Assembly: GCA_965243135.1 (NCBI GenBank)
Contig: OZ251539.1
Location: forward strand, 2,880,001-2,944,000
Length of the DNA stretch: 64,000 nucleotides
Origin: Alphaproteobacteria bacterium
GTDB lineage: Bacteria; Pseudomonadota; Alphaproteobacteria; MPNO01; UBA830
Reading direction: 5' to 3'
Below the pieces are notes generated by a model. The model saw only the letters and a program-made list of their open reading frames with translations, did no database searches and was not told where the DNA came from. Every line of letters starts with the position of its first letter. The stretch's first letter is position 1. Made by a program: the position numbers and the translations under genes. Below are positions 1-10,374 of the stretch, one piece after another.

Positions 1-344
1 GCCCTCGGCGGGAAGGTTGGCCCTTTGGCGCGCGGCATGCCGCCCTTGCGCGGGCTGGCGCCTGCGGCGGTCGCTTTCCTTCCCAAGAGGCATGGACTGT
101 CTCGACATGAACGGAAACGAACGGCGGAATGCCGGAACTTTGGGACCAAAGCAACCGTCCCGCAGCGCGTCCGAACGCCCGCGCCCGTCCGCCCTCCAAG
201 AGTATACCCGTTCCCGCTCGAGCGAGGCGGCGTTATGCGAAGCGGGCGCGAGGTTCCCCGCCCGCCCCTCGCCGTCGCTCCGCCTTCCTGACGAAGGCCA
301 CGTCGCCGACCCCGCTCGTCCATCGGCGGAATCTCGGGCGCAGG

Positions 345-690
345 CCGCGAACGCCGGTCGCAGGCCGGCGCGCCTCTCCGTCGCCGCCAGCTGCCGTTCC
401 ACGAAGTCCGGGGAGTTGCCTCCGCCGAAGCTAAGCCGCGCGACGGCGCGCCGACCAGTCCCGCTTGCCGTGCACGGCGAGGCCCCGGAACGGCTCCTCG
501 CTTCCCAGCTCCTGCAGCGTGTCCACCAGCAAGTTCTTGCCGAACCGGCGCGGACGCGACAGGAAATAGTACTGACCCCCTCTCGACGAGGCGGCGCGCA
601 TGGTCCGTCTTGTCGACGTAGCAGCAGCCCAGCTCCCGGATTTTCCGGAGGGATGTCAAGCCGGTCGGAAGCAAGCGTCTCGTCAGAGGG
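345..690 (-). pseudogene. AAA-ATPase/PD-(D/E)XK paralogue, copy 0 (5' fragment only, frameshifted)
   Basis: Reverse strand reads LLPTGLTSLRKIRELGCCYVDKTDH...YYFLSRPRRFGK, like the intact copies; similarity is lost below about 345. Confidence 0.8.
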
Positions 691-891
691 TAGGCCGCAA
701 TGCCCGTCAAGGAAGGGGCGGAGGCCGCCGGCCCGGAGTTCCCGCGCCGACGCGTCCCGTCGGGCGGTCGGCGCGCAAGGCGGCGACCCGGCGGAAACAA
801 CGGCGGTCCCAGACGAAGGGCATGGCGACCTGCGGCGCGGTCCGCCGACGCCTTTCGCGGAGGCACCGCCTGCGCGGGACGGCTCCCGGCT

Positions 892-2436
892 TCAGACGGT
901 CTCGAACTCGAACCCGACGATGTTGCGCTCCTCCCGGCCGAACTCGATGCCGATCAGGTGAACCGGCACGCCCGGACGCCGGTACTTGTCCGCGTAGCCG
1001 CGCGCCCGAATCTGCGCCAGCGCCCGGCCTTCCGGCTTCCCGTCCGCGACCTTGAACTCGAACAGGTAGACGTTGCCGCCGTACAGGACCGTCAGGTCCG
1101 AGCGGCCGCGCGCCGTGCTCTCCTCGGCGCGGACGTCCATCCCCGCCGCCACGAAGTGCGAGTAGAACACGCTCGCGTAGTGCGCCTCGTAGCCCGCCAT
1201 CCCCGTGTTCGCGTACCACTCGTTCGGAATGCTCGCCAGAAACGCCCGGAACCGCCGCTCGAGGCCCGCGAAGTCGTTCGTCCGCATCAGGCGGCGCAGC
1301 TCCCGGCTCTCCGCCGCGACCGTGATATCCGGCGCCATCGCCTTCAGCAGGAGCGCGTTCAGGCTGCGCTTCACCTCCCGGTTCGGGTAGTCCAGCCGGA
1401 AGAGACGAACGCCCTCGTCCTGCTCTTCGCCGACGATGGTCAGGTAGCCGGTCTGGAACAAAAGCGTCTCGACGGGTATGCGGTCGATATCGATGGCCGA
1501 CAGCAGATCGTCGTCCGCGACCAGGTCCTCCAGGGCCGGCGGCGCGAACCGGCGCCGGGACAGAAGGTCGGCGAGGAAGGTCGGCGTGCCGCTCAGGAAC
1601 CAGTGGTTGCCGAACTCGTGCGTTTCGAAGAGAAGGAGGATGTCGAACGGGTTGTAGACCTTCTCCGCGCCGCGCCAGTTGTAGCCGTTGTACCAGCGCC
1701 GGACTTCGTTCCGGTCCAGGCCCTCGAGTTCCGGAGCGAAGACCGCGTCCAGTTCCGCGTCCGTGTAGCCGCAGATGGCGCCGAACCGCGGATCGAGGGT
1801 GATGTCGCGCAGGTTGTTCAGGCCCGAGAACAGGCCCGCCTGCGAGAACTTGCTCACGCCGGTAAGGAAGGCGAACCGGATATGCGCGTCGCAGTCCTTG
1901 ACGACGCTGTAGAAGCCGCGCAGGAAGTCGCGGTTGGCCAGCGCCCGTTCCCGGTCGCCGAGCGCGTCCAGGATCGGCTTGTCGTACTCGTCCACCAGCA
2001 CGACCACGCGCCGCCCGGACCGCTCGTGCAGTTCGGAGATCAGATGGTGAAGGCGGTCGGAGGCGTCCGGGTAGCCGCATCGGACGCCGGCGCGCTTTTC
2101 GGCGGCGTCGAGCTGCATCATCGCGTTCCTGTGCAGCCGGTCAGGGTCGCCGAGATTGCCGGAACCGAAACTGATCCGCACGACCGGATGGCGCGCCGAC
2201 CAGTCCCACTTGCCGTGCACGGCGAGGCCCCGGAACAGCTCTTCGCTTCCCTCGAATAACTCCTGCAGCGTGTCCACCAGCAAGCTCTTGCCGAACCGGC
2301 GCGGACGCGACAGGAAATAGTACTGACCCCCTTCGACGAGGCGGCGCACATGGTCCGTCTTGTCGACGTAGTAGCAGCCCAGCTCCCGGATTTTGCGGAG
2401 GGAGGTCAAGCCGGTCGGAAGCATGCGTCTCGTCAT
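892..2436 (-). CDS. AAA-ATPase-like (P-loop) + PD-(D/E)XK nuclease (PDDEXK_9/DUF1703-type) protein, copy 1, intact
   Basis: YYVDKT, Walker A SRPRRFGKS, Walker B LVDEYDKP, FLTGVSKF, WYNGY, YNPF, QTGYLT, and C-terminal GRSDL...LFEFK...ALAQI nuclease motifs. The ORF track starts at 2457; the promoter geometry favours ATG 2436. Confidence 0.93.
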   Translation of the reverse strand: MTRRMLPTGLTSLRKIRELGCYYVDKTDHVRRLVEGGQYYFLSRPRRFGKSLLVDTLQELFEGSEELFRGLAVHGKWDWSARHPVVRISFGSGNLGDPDRLHRNAMMQLDAAEKRAGVRCGYPDASDRLHHLISELHERSGRRVVVLVDEYDKPILDALGDRERALANRDFLRGFYSVVKDCDAHIRFAFLTGVSKFSQAGLFSGLNNLRDITLDPRFGAICGYTDAELDAVFAPELEGLDRNEVRRWYNGYNWRGAEKVYNPFDILLLFETHEFGNHWFLSGTPTFLADLLSRRRFAPPALEDLVADDDLLSAIDIDRIPVETLLFQTGYLTIVGEEQDEGVRLFRLDYPNREVKRSLNALLLKAMAPDITVAAESRELRRLMRTNDFAGLERRFRAFLASIPNEWYANTGMAGYEAHYASVFYSHFVAAGMDVRAEESTARGRSDLTVLYGGNVYLFEFKVADGKPEGRALAQIRARGYADKYRRPGVPVHLIGIEFGREERNIVGFEFETV

Positions 2437-2442
2437 CAGAAG

Positions 2443-2471
2443 AGGGTAGGCCGCCATGCCGGAACCGTCAA
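2443..2471 (-). promoter_or_regulatory. sigma70-type promoter of copy 1 (TTGACG-17 nt-TACCCT-6 nt-ATG), leaderless geometry
   Basis: The same spacing is conserved at copies 2, 5, 6 and 7; there is no Shine-Dalgarno between the -10 box and the ATG. Confidence 0.65.
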
Positions 2472-2789
2472 GGAGAGCGTCATTAACGCGTCAGTATGTC
2501 CGGTCCATGTACCAAATGTCTGTGTCCACCTTGCCGCCGGCCTCGGGCGTGTGGTGCCGGTGTGACCGCTCCGACACCCGAACTGACGGCAACCCTAACC
2601 CGGCGCGCGTCCCTTTCCCGCGAATATCCGTGAATTTACGGCGGGTTGCGGCGGACGGCACATCCCTTTTTTCGGGGCGTCGGAGAGAGTTGCGTTCGGG
2701 GAACTTTTCCGCGATACGCCGAACTTGCGCAGCGCTCGTAGCGTTCGCTACCCGGGTGATGGTCCGCATTGAGAACCGTCTTTCAGTCC

Positions 2790-3260
2790 CGCCGCAGGGG
2801 CTTCGGCATCCTTGACCGGCAGCGCGTTTTTCACGTCGAGCTTGCCGCGGCCCTGCGGTTTGCCGACCCGGACCCAGTTGGCTGCGCGGTAGTCAAGTGC
2901 CCGCGAATCGGGGGCTTTCGCAGAAGGTCTCAAGCAGTGCGGGACGCAAGGCGTAACGAAGGTTCCAGTCGTCGGGCAAACATCGTTTGCGCGAAGGGAT
3001 GCAAGATGTTTGATTCTGACCCGGGGCAGTAACCTTGCGTCGTTGACGACGAAAGGTGCACTGGCGGCGCACCGATGAACTTGTCCCGTGGCGCAATCTT
3101 CCACGCGGCGGGCGCGGCCAGCGGTTCGCCCTCTGCGGAGCGGACGAAGTGCTGCGCGCCGGGCATGGGCGTAAAGCCGAGGTAGCGGGAAGGCGGCCCG
3201 ACTCTCGCTGGCGTTGCGGACGGGTGTGCAGCGGACGGACCTGACGTTCGGGAGTTGGGA
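2790..3260 (-). pseudogene. DUF4338-domain (transposase-associated) gene remnant
   Basis: Frameshifted reverse-strand fragments RPALLETFCESPRFAGT and YRAANWVRVGK..GRGKLD are typical of DUF4338. Confidence 0.7.
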
Positions 3261-3879
3261 ACAAGGGCGGTTCGGGAGACTGCGGAACGGCAAACGCGGG
3301 TGGACCGGCGCTGCGACAGCCGCAGAGGCCGTCGCGTTCCAGCAGAAACGCGGGTGCCTTTCAGGCCGCCGTTGGGCTTGCGCCAGTCGAGACGTTCGCG
3401 CGCGCGACAGGTGGGTTCCGTTGCGCGAGCCGGTATGAGCAGTCACGATAATCGGCAGTTTCAGGTGCAAAATAATCAAGGATGCCGCGCTGGGAGGCGT
3501 TTCCGTTTCCTCTCGCGCCTGAGAGTGACGGGGCCGGGAAACGCCATTTTCTTTCAACGCAGCCCCGCAGCGCCATGGCGCGGCCCTGAAGGCAACCGGT
3601 GAACTCGTGGCTGCTGTCAAGAGCCTTTGATCGGGTTCTCCAAATGTCTCATGCCCGTGCACACCCGCCTACGAAGGCTGCGGTTGCGTGGTTGAACGCC
3701 GCCGCTACCGCGTGACCGGAATCGCCCTATGTTATCAACGGATTGATCGTCGCGTTCTCAGCCCCGCTCCTGGCGCGGTCTTCGACGAACAAAAATGGCT
3801 CGCTCGCGCTTCGACCACGAGATTCAGCGCCTCTGGGAAGGGCATTCCGTTGCCAGTTGGCTCAACGTATTCGGTTCTT

Positions 3880-4653
3880 TCAAGGTGTCTAGCCGCAAAA
3901 GATACTCCCCGCTCTTGTGCAGACTACGCCCGAGCTCGGCGTCGCTTCCAGCCGTTGAGGAAAGCGATCTCTTCCGCGATTTTCTGCCTCTGACGCTTCT
4001 CGACGGTCTGCACGAAGCTGGCGGCCTCCAGAAGACTGTCGCTGGTTCCCGTACAGGCGAATCCGCGGCCGAGCAACTCCACATGAAGTTCGCCGCGTTA
4101 ATGCGCGTTGACGTCGGTGATCTCCAGCTCGCCGCGCGCGCTCGGCGCGATTTCGGACGCGACGACCTCGTTGTCGTAGAAATAAAGGCCCGTAACCGCC
4201 CACTGCGACTGGGGGCGGGCGGGCTTCTCGGCGACCGCGCGGCCGGACGCGTCGAGCTCGACCACGCCGTAGCGCTCCCGGAACCCCGTAGCCGAAAACC
4301 GTCGCCCCCTTGCGCCGGGAAGCCGCGTTTCGCAATTTCTCGGTCAGGCCGTGCCCGTAGAATATGTTGTCCCCGAGGGCCAGGGCGCAGGAATCGTCGG
4401 AAGTCCCTGCCGATGAGGAAGGCCTGCGCCAGCCCTTCGGGGCGCGGCTGCACGGCATGGCGAAGCGCGAGGCCCCACTGGCTGCCGTCGCCGAGAAGCC
4501 GCTCGAAGGCCGCGGCGTGCTGCGGCGCGCAAGAATGTCCCGAATTCCCGCCAGCGTGCTCAGCGGATAGCATCGGCTTGTCGTAGACCGGCAGGAGCTG
4601 CTTGCTTACCGCGCTCGTCAGCAGGCGCGTTCCTTCCCGCCGATGCCCTTCAT
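3880..4653 (-). pseudogene. rmlA: glucose-1-phosphate thymidylyltransferase, multiply frameshifted
   Basis: ATG AAG GGC ATC start at 4653; fragments [56 protein letters not shown]. Confidence 0.88.
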
Positions 4654-5340
4654 CGCGGCGCTTCTCCGGGGAACGCGCCGCCCGCCGCCGGCCTGCGGTG
4701 CCCCTTGGCGTAGCGCTCGAGCGCTTCCTGCCGCAGGCCGCCGAACGCGGCCGGGATCCTGGCGTTGTCGAGTGCGCTGTACCGGGGGCGCAGGGCGCGG
4801 GCAGGGCGCTCGTCGCTCGCGCAGGGCGTCACGACGGCTCCGGCGAGGCGGACGATTTCGCGGGCGACCAGGTCGCCGCGCCGTCGTTGACCGCGTGATA
4901 AGGGACGCAGCCGCTCGCGAGAATCCGCAGAACGACGCGCGCCGCGTCCGCGGTGACGGTCGGCGACATGGTCTGGTCGTCGACCACCCGCAGCGCTCTC
5001 TTCCCCCTCCCGGCTATCGTTTCGACGAAATTCCCCCCCCCCCCCTTGCCGCTCGCTCCCGCCGTCCCGAACAGGGACGCCACGCGAAGGATGACGATGT
5101 TCTCGCAGTCCGGCCAGAGTTTCCCCCATCGCCCTGGAGGCGCCGTAGACGTTGACCGGCGCGAACGGATCCCGGTTCGAGGCCGGTGCGCCGGCCTCGC
5201 AGTCGTCGAGCGAGGTGAACCCCTCGGCGGTCCGTTCGGGGATTTCCGGAGGCATGAGGAAGACTCCGCGCGCCGTGAGGTTTTCCGTAAGGGCCGAGGG
5301 CGAACGGCGCGGCCGTCCTTCCCCGGCGGTTCGCGCGCCC
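4650..5340 (-). pseudogene. rmlD: dTDP-4-dehydrorhamnose reductase, multiply frameshifted
   Basis: Fragments PVNVYGASRAMGE, ILRVASLFG...[31 protein letters not shown]; its stop overlaps the rmlA start. Confidence 0.82.
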
Positions 5341-5394
5341 CGACGCCGACCGGTAGATTCCTGCGAGCGGCGGCGGCGTCTTGCCCGCGCCGTT

Positions 5395-5631
5395 CGCGCT
5401 GGCCAGCCCGGCGCGGAAGACTGTTCTCGAGCGAGCGGCTGTCCGCGCCGCAAACGGCCACGGTCGCGGCGTCGAGCCGCAGTTCGGCGCGCGCGACCCG
5501 CCAGGCGCGGTGCATGGCCGGCGTCGCCGCCCGGCTCCAGGAAGCGGCAGTGGCGGCCGCCGCGAGCGCGCGGTCGGTCGGCGCTTTTCGCGGAGGCGCC
5601 GCCTGCGTCCGAACGGCAACGGCTCCCGGCC
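5395..5631. repeat. array spacer type Y (repeated at about 17430-17636)
   Basis: A near-identical stretch gactgttct...gcaaacggccacggtcgcggcgtcgagccgcagttcgg...cgcttttcgcg lies downstream of copies 2 and 7. Confidence 0.8.
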
Positions 5632-7176
5632 TTAGACGGTCTCGAACTCGAACCCGACGATGTTGCGCTCCTCCCGGCCGAACTCGATCCCGATCAGGTG
5701 GATCGGCACGCCCGGACTCCGGTACTTGTCCGCGTAGCCGCGCTCCCGTATCTGCGCCAGCGCCCGGCCTTCCGGCTTCCCGTCCGCGACCTTGAACTCG
5801 AACAGGTAGACGCCGCCGCCGTGCAGGACCGCAAGGTCCGAGCGTCCGCGCGCCGTGCTCTCCTCGGCGCGGACGTCCATCCCCGCCGCCACGAAGTGCG
5901 AGTAGAACACGCTCGCGTAGTGCGCCTCGTAGCCTGCCATGCCCGTGTTCGCGTACCACTCGTTCGGGATGCTCGCCAGGAACGCCCGGAACAGCGCCTC
6001 GAGGCCCGCGAAGTCGTTCGTGCGCATCAGGCGGCGCAGTTTCCGGCTTCCCGCTGCGACCGTGACGTCCGGCGCCATCGCCTCCAGCAGGAGCGCGTTC
6101 AGGCTGCGCTTCACCTCATGGTTCGGGTAGTCCAGCCGGTAAAGAAGCGCGTCGTCGTCCAGTTCCTCGTCGGCGATGGTCAGGTAGCCGGTCTGGAACA
6201 GAAGCGCCTCGACGGGGATGCGGTCGACGTCGATCGCCGACAGCAACGCGTCGTCCGCGATCATGCCCTCCAGGTCCGGCGCCGCGACCTGGCGCCGCGA
6301 CAGAAGGTCGGCGAGAAAGGTCGGCGTGCCGGTCCGGAACCAGTGCGCCTCGAACCGGCGGCGCCGGAAAAGCAGCAGAATATCGTGCGGGTTGTAGACC
6401 CTCTCCGGTCCGAGCCAGTTGTAGCCGTTGTACCAGCGGCGGATCTTGTCCCGGTCCAGGCCCTCGAGTTCCGGGGCGAAGACCGCGTCCAGTTCCGCGT
6501 CCGTGTAGCCGCAGATGGCCGAGAACTCCGGCTCCAGCGTGACGTCGATCAGGTTGTTCAGGCCCGAGAACAGGCCCGCCTGCGAGAACTTGCTCACCCC
6601 CGTCAGGAAAACGAAACGGAGATGCCTGTCGTTGTCCTTGATCATCGCGTAGAAGCCGCGCAGGAAATCGCGGTTGGCCAGCGCCAGTTCCCGGTCGCCG
6701 AGCGCGTCCAGAATCGGCTTGTCGTATTCGTCGACCAGCACGACCGCCTGCTGCCCGGTGCGCTCGTGCAGGGCCTCGATCAATTCCCCGAAACGGTTCG
6801 ACGCCTCGACAGCGCCCGGTTCGAGGCCGGCGCACCTCTCCGCCGCCGCCAGCTGCCGTTCCACGCTTCTCCGAACGAAGTCCGGGGAGTCGAAATTGCC
6901 GCCGCCAAAGCTGATCCGCACGACAGGATGGCGCGCCGACCAGTCCCACCTGCCGTGTACGGCGAGATCACGAAACAGTTCCTCGCTTCCCTCGAACAGT
7001 TCCTGCAGCGTGTCCACCAGCAGGGTCTTGCCGAACCGGCGCGGACGCGACAGGAAATAGTAATCGCCCTCTTCGACGAGGCGGCGCGCATGGTCCGTCT
7101 TGTCGACGTAGTAGCAGTCCCTCGTCCGGATTTTCCGGAGGGAGGTCAAGCCGGTCGGAAGCATGCGTCTCGTCAT
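5632..7176 (-). CDS. AAA-ATPase-like + PD-(D/E)XK nuclease protein, copy 2, intact
   Basis: Same motif set as copy 1 (SRPRRFGKT, LVDEYDKP, GRSDL..LFEFK). The ORF track extends upstream to 7554, but similarity to the other copies starts at MAAYP/MTRRML. Confidence 0.93.
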   Translation of the reverse strand: MTRRMLPTGLTSLRKIRTRDCYYVDKTDHARRLVEEGDYYFLSRPRRFGKTLLVDTLQELFEGSEELFRDLAVHGRWDWSARHPVVRISFGGGNFDSPDFVRRSVERQLAAAERCAGLEPGAVEASNRFGELIEALHERTGQQAVVLVDEYDKPILDALGDRELALANRDFLRGFYAMIKDNDRHLRFVFLTGVSKFSQAGLFSGLNNLIDVTLEPEFSAICGYTDAELDAVFAPELEGLDRDKIRRWYNGYNWLGPERVYNPHDILLLFRRRRFEAHWFRTGTPTFLADLLSRRQVAAPDLEGMIADDALLSAIDVDRIPVEALLFQTGYLTIADEELDDDALLYRLDYPNHEVKRSLNALLLEAMAPDVTVAAGSRKLRRLMRTNDFAGLEALFRAFLASIPNEWYANTGMAGYEAHYASVFYSHFVAAGMDVRAEESTARGRSDLAVLHGGGVYLFEFKVADGKPEGRALAQIRERGYADKYRSPGVPIHLIGIEFGREERNIVGFEFETV

Positions 7177-7182
7177 CCGGAG

Positions 7183-7211
7183 AGGATAGGCCGCCATGCC
7201 GGAACCGTCAA
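7183..7211 (-). promoter_or_regulatory. sigma70-type promoter of copy 2 (TTGACG-17-TATCCT-6-ATG)
   Basis: Seen in the sequence; geometry conserved across copies. Confidence 0.65.
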
Positions 7212-8257
7212 GGAGAGCGTCATTAACGAGCCGTTTGCGCTGTGCCATTTTTTGTCGGCCTGCCGCCCGGCCGGCACCCCGCGAACCGCTCCGCCCGCCC
7301 GCCGGCAGCCCGCAAGGGCCTCGCGGGTGCTCAGTCTTGAGAACAAAAGTCGAATAACCGGTTGCCGCGCCGCAAACCCGGTGCAAGCCGGGCCGTGGCC
7401 TGAACACAGGCGGCCAATCGGGGGGGACGGCGGCTGGCCGGCCGTGGGGTGGAATCTGCGAAAATCGCAGTCCCGGCGCGGAGAATTCGCAGTTTTCCGT
7501 ACCCGAATCGGGGTAAAAAAAATTCCGCACCCCGGAAAGCTGTCCGCATTTCAAGATCTTACGAACAGCGCACGCGGCTCTTAACTCGGTAAGCGTTCGC
7601 TACCCGGGGGACGAAAAAATTCGTCCGGGGACCGGACACGGGATCCTTCGCCCCTCATTTTTGCTTCGAGGCGACCGACAGACAGCGGGTCTTGCTGCTG
7701 CCAACGACCCCCCGGCGGCGGGACGAGGCGCGCCAGGAAGCGGAAACGGCGCACGGAGGCAAGTCGGCAGGCGACGTTCCGGAAAACGCGGCGGGCGCGT
7801 GTCGAGGCGGCGCGCAACGAGCCGCCTGAAGTCGACCTCTTGGCGAACGGGATCGAGCGGGCCGCCCACGGCGGAGTCGAGGGAGCGACTCGACGAACGC
7901 GGCAACGCCCGCGGCGCGCAAGCTTAACAAGTTCGAGAGCGAACGCGCCCGACGCGCGCAGGAGAGCGGCTCGGAACGAGAGGCCCTGCGGCGGGCGATA
8001 GCCCGGGTCGCCGTCGCGCGCGCCGCGCTTGCCGGGTTTCCGGGCTGCTGTCCGCGGCAAGCCTTGCGCCGGAGAAAAGGTCGCTCGTCGAGTTTTGCGC
8101 CTGCAAGCGGCGGCGTCGCCGGCTCCCGTTCGACATGATTGCCGAAGCGGGAGGCGCGCCGGCGCCGCGGTTGGTCGCGAACGACGGCGCCGGGCCTTGC
8201 GCCCCGCGCGACCGCGACAGTCGCTCGACTTCGAGGTCTCGCCGGCGGGGAACGGCG

Positions 8258-8485
8258 TCAGTCGCCCCTTGTTCCCGCCCCGTCGTCCGTCGGCGTCGTT
8301 CGTTCGGCGACAGTTTCCGGCGCGGCGGTCCGGCGGCCGGCTATCAGCGCCTTGAGCGCCGTCATGCTCTCCTCGTGGCGGCGTTCTTCGGCTTCGCGCT
8401 GTTGCTGCATGGCTGCGCTCTGCTGCTGCGTGACCGCGCGCTGTTGTTGCCCGCGTTCGTCGCTGGCGCGGATCATCGCGGCCAT
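8258..8485 (-). CDS. small coiled-coil hypothetical protein (possibly a fragment)
   Basis: MAAMIRASDERGQQQRAVTQQQSAAMQQQREAEERRHEESMTALKALI looks like real protein; start and end are uncertain. Confidence 0.35.
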   Translation of the reverse strand: MAAMIRASDERGQQQRAVTQQQSAAMQQQREAEERRHEESMTALKALIAGRRTAAPETVAERTTPTDDGAGTRGD

Positions 8486-9061
8486 ACGCCGACGGCCGCG
8501 AAACGGCGCGCCGCCGAAAACGGACGGCCGCAACTCCGGAAGAGCCGCGTCACCGCGCAGCATGGCGACCAGCGGGCGGTCGGCGGGGGGTAGGCGTCGA
8601 GGCGCGTCGGCTTCACCCACGCGACCTGCTGTCCTTCCGTTCACGCGGCCTCCCCATTTCCGGCAGACGTAAAGCGGCCAGATCGTCGTAGCGGTGAGAC
8701 GCGAAGGTGAACGGCGAAAGGCAGCTCTCGTCGACGTCGAGTTCCTCCCGAAGCTCCCGGGCCCGGCGTCCCTCCGCCGCCGGCCGCCGGGGAATTCCCC
8801 CGCTCCGCCCTGCGGCCGCCGCGCGACGCGCCCGTCGACGAGGGCCGCCGCGACGGCGAGAACGACCGGTTCTCCCGCCCTGCGGCGCGGGACCCGGAGA
8901 CGCGCCCGGCCCGCGAGCGCCTGCAGGAAGACGCCGCCGGACGCGGCCTCCTCGGCCGGGCGGCTCGTCAAGCCGCGCGACGAACCGGCGGAACCGGCTG
9001 TCGTCGCGGGCCGAACCGCGGGCGGCGTTCTTTCGCGGAGGCGGCCGTGACGGGAAGCCGT

Positions 9062-9577
9062 TCAGGCGGGCTCGCAGCCGACGACGTTGCGCTCCTCGCG
9101 GCTGAACTCCACCAGGTGGACCGAACGCCCGAAGCGGCGGTACTTGTCCGCGTAGCCCTTCTCCCGCAGCTGCGCGAGCGCGGTCCCCTCCCGCCCGCGC
9201 TCCACCACCTTGAACTCGAACAGGTAGACGCGCCCGCCGGCGCGGATCGCCATGTCGGCGCGCCCCCGGCTGCCGCTGTCCTCCGCCACCGGCTCTAGGC
9301 CCTCCATCAGGAAGCAGCTGTGGATGACGCTCGCGTAGTGGGCCTCGTACTTCGCGACCGGGCTGTTCATGTACCACTGGTGCGGGGCGAAGACGCCGCG
9401 GAACAGGGTTTCGAGACGCTCGAAGTCGTTCGCCGCCAGCACCCAGCCGCAGGTTCTCCGTCTCCTCGCGGGCCTCGTCCGGGAGCAGTTCTTCCAGCAG
9501 GGCCTCGCCCAGGCTCTGGCGCACCTCGAGGTTCGGGTAGTCCAGCCGGTAGCGCCCGTCCTCCTCGCCGGCGATGG
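9062..9577 (-). pseudogene. AAA-ATPase/PD-(D/E)XK paralogue copy 3, 3' exon (divergent nuclease domain)
   Basis: YEAHYASVIHSCF, AEDSGSRGRADMAI, YLFEFKVVE, ALAQLREKGYADKY; resumes at CC ATC GCC after the intron; contains frameshifts. Confidence 0.82.
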
Positions 9578-10374
9578 GTAGAGTCGAGGACTGGCGCGTT
9601 AGCTTTAGGGTCCGGGTTCCGTCGCTTTCGCTCCGGGCCTCAGTCCGGCTCCCGTGGCCACGTTTCCAGTCCCCGCTCTCCGAACCGGACGTGCGGATTT
9701 CCCGCGCCTCCAGCCCTCGCCCACGGATGGATTGTCAGCGTTCCCAAAAACGGCCGGTTTTCCGGACCCGGGAGTTGCACCGTCTCCCATATTTTCCGCC
9801 TGTTCTCGCTTTCCAACCCGTCGCCGAACCTGTTTACGCCTCGACGACCCCGGCCTCTCGACCGGGTTCCTTCGCTTGTGACGCTTCCGGGATCTCTGGC
9901 ATGTAGTCGGTTGTTAGGCATAGCCAGATCCCTTCTCCCTTGCGGCGCCCTTCCTCGCGCCCCTTTCCTCCGCCGGCGTTACCCGGCTTCTCCGGTACTA
10001 CGGGCCTCTCCGCCACCCGCCGGCCTGCCCCTCGCGGGGTTCCGGTTGACTCGTGCGCGTCACCGACAGGGCTTCCCGTGTTGCTGCTTCCTTCATCTTC
10101 CATGCGTGCCGACACCCCGGCGGAAACGGTCGGTGCTCTTGTCGTTCTCTTCCCGACCGTCGGCGGCTTTCCCCTAGGAGGGTCAGCTCCCGCATTGACC
10201 GTTTCGAGGCCTGGTTCACTGCTCGTTTCGGCCCGCATGTTCGCTGAGCGGCCTTCGCCGCCCTTTCCCAGAGTGCTTCAGCCTACCCTCCGTAAACCGC
10301 CCTGGCCGCTACCAACCGGAACGACAGTTGTTGGGTGGGATTCGCACCCACGAAAGCGCCTTTCCACGGCGCAC
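9578..10374 (-). mobile_element. group II intron, ORF-less (intron-encoded RT deleted), 797 nt
   Basis: 5' end GTGCG at 10374; 3' end ...CCTCGACTCTAC at 9578; domain V-like GCGGGAAATCCGCACGTCCGGTTCGGAGAGCGGGG; removing it rejoins CTC A|CC ATC (QTGYLTIAGEE). Confidence 0.9.

Noticed and set aside
2790-3260. Druantia DruA defence gene (DUF4338)
   Set aside because: Short and frameshifted; the DUF4338 copy at 22.3-23.2 kb is clearly transposase-linked, so a mobile-element relic is the simpler reading.
7620-9050. Possible small ncRNA or gene remnants between copies 2 and 3
   Set aside because: GC-rich hairpins and short ORFs are present, but I could not assign any family, apart from a low-confidence coiled-coil ORF.
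9578-10374. Diversity-generating retroelement as the source of array variation
   Set aside because: No RT ORF is present, the element has group II intron ends, and differences between copies are block swaps that are not restricted to adenines.
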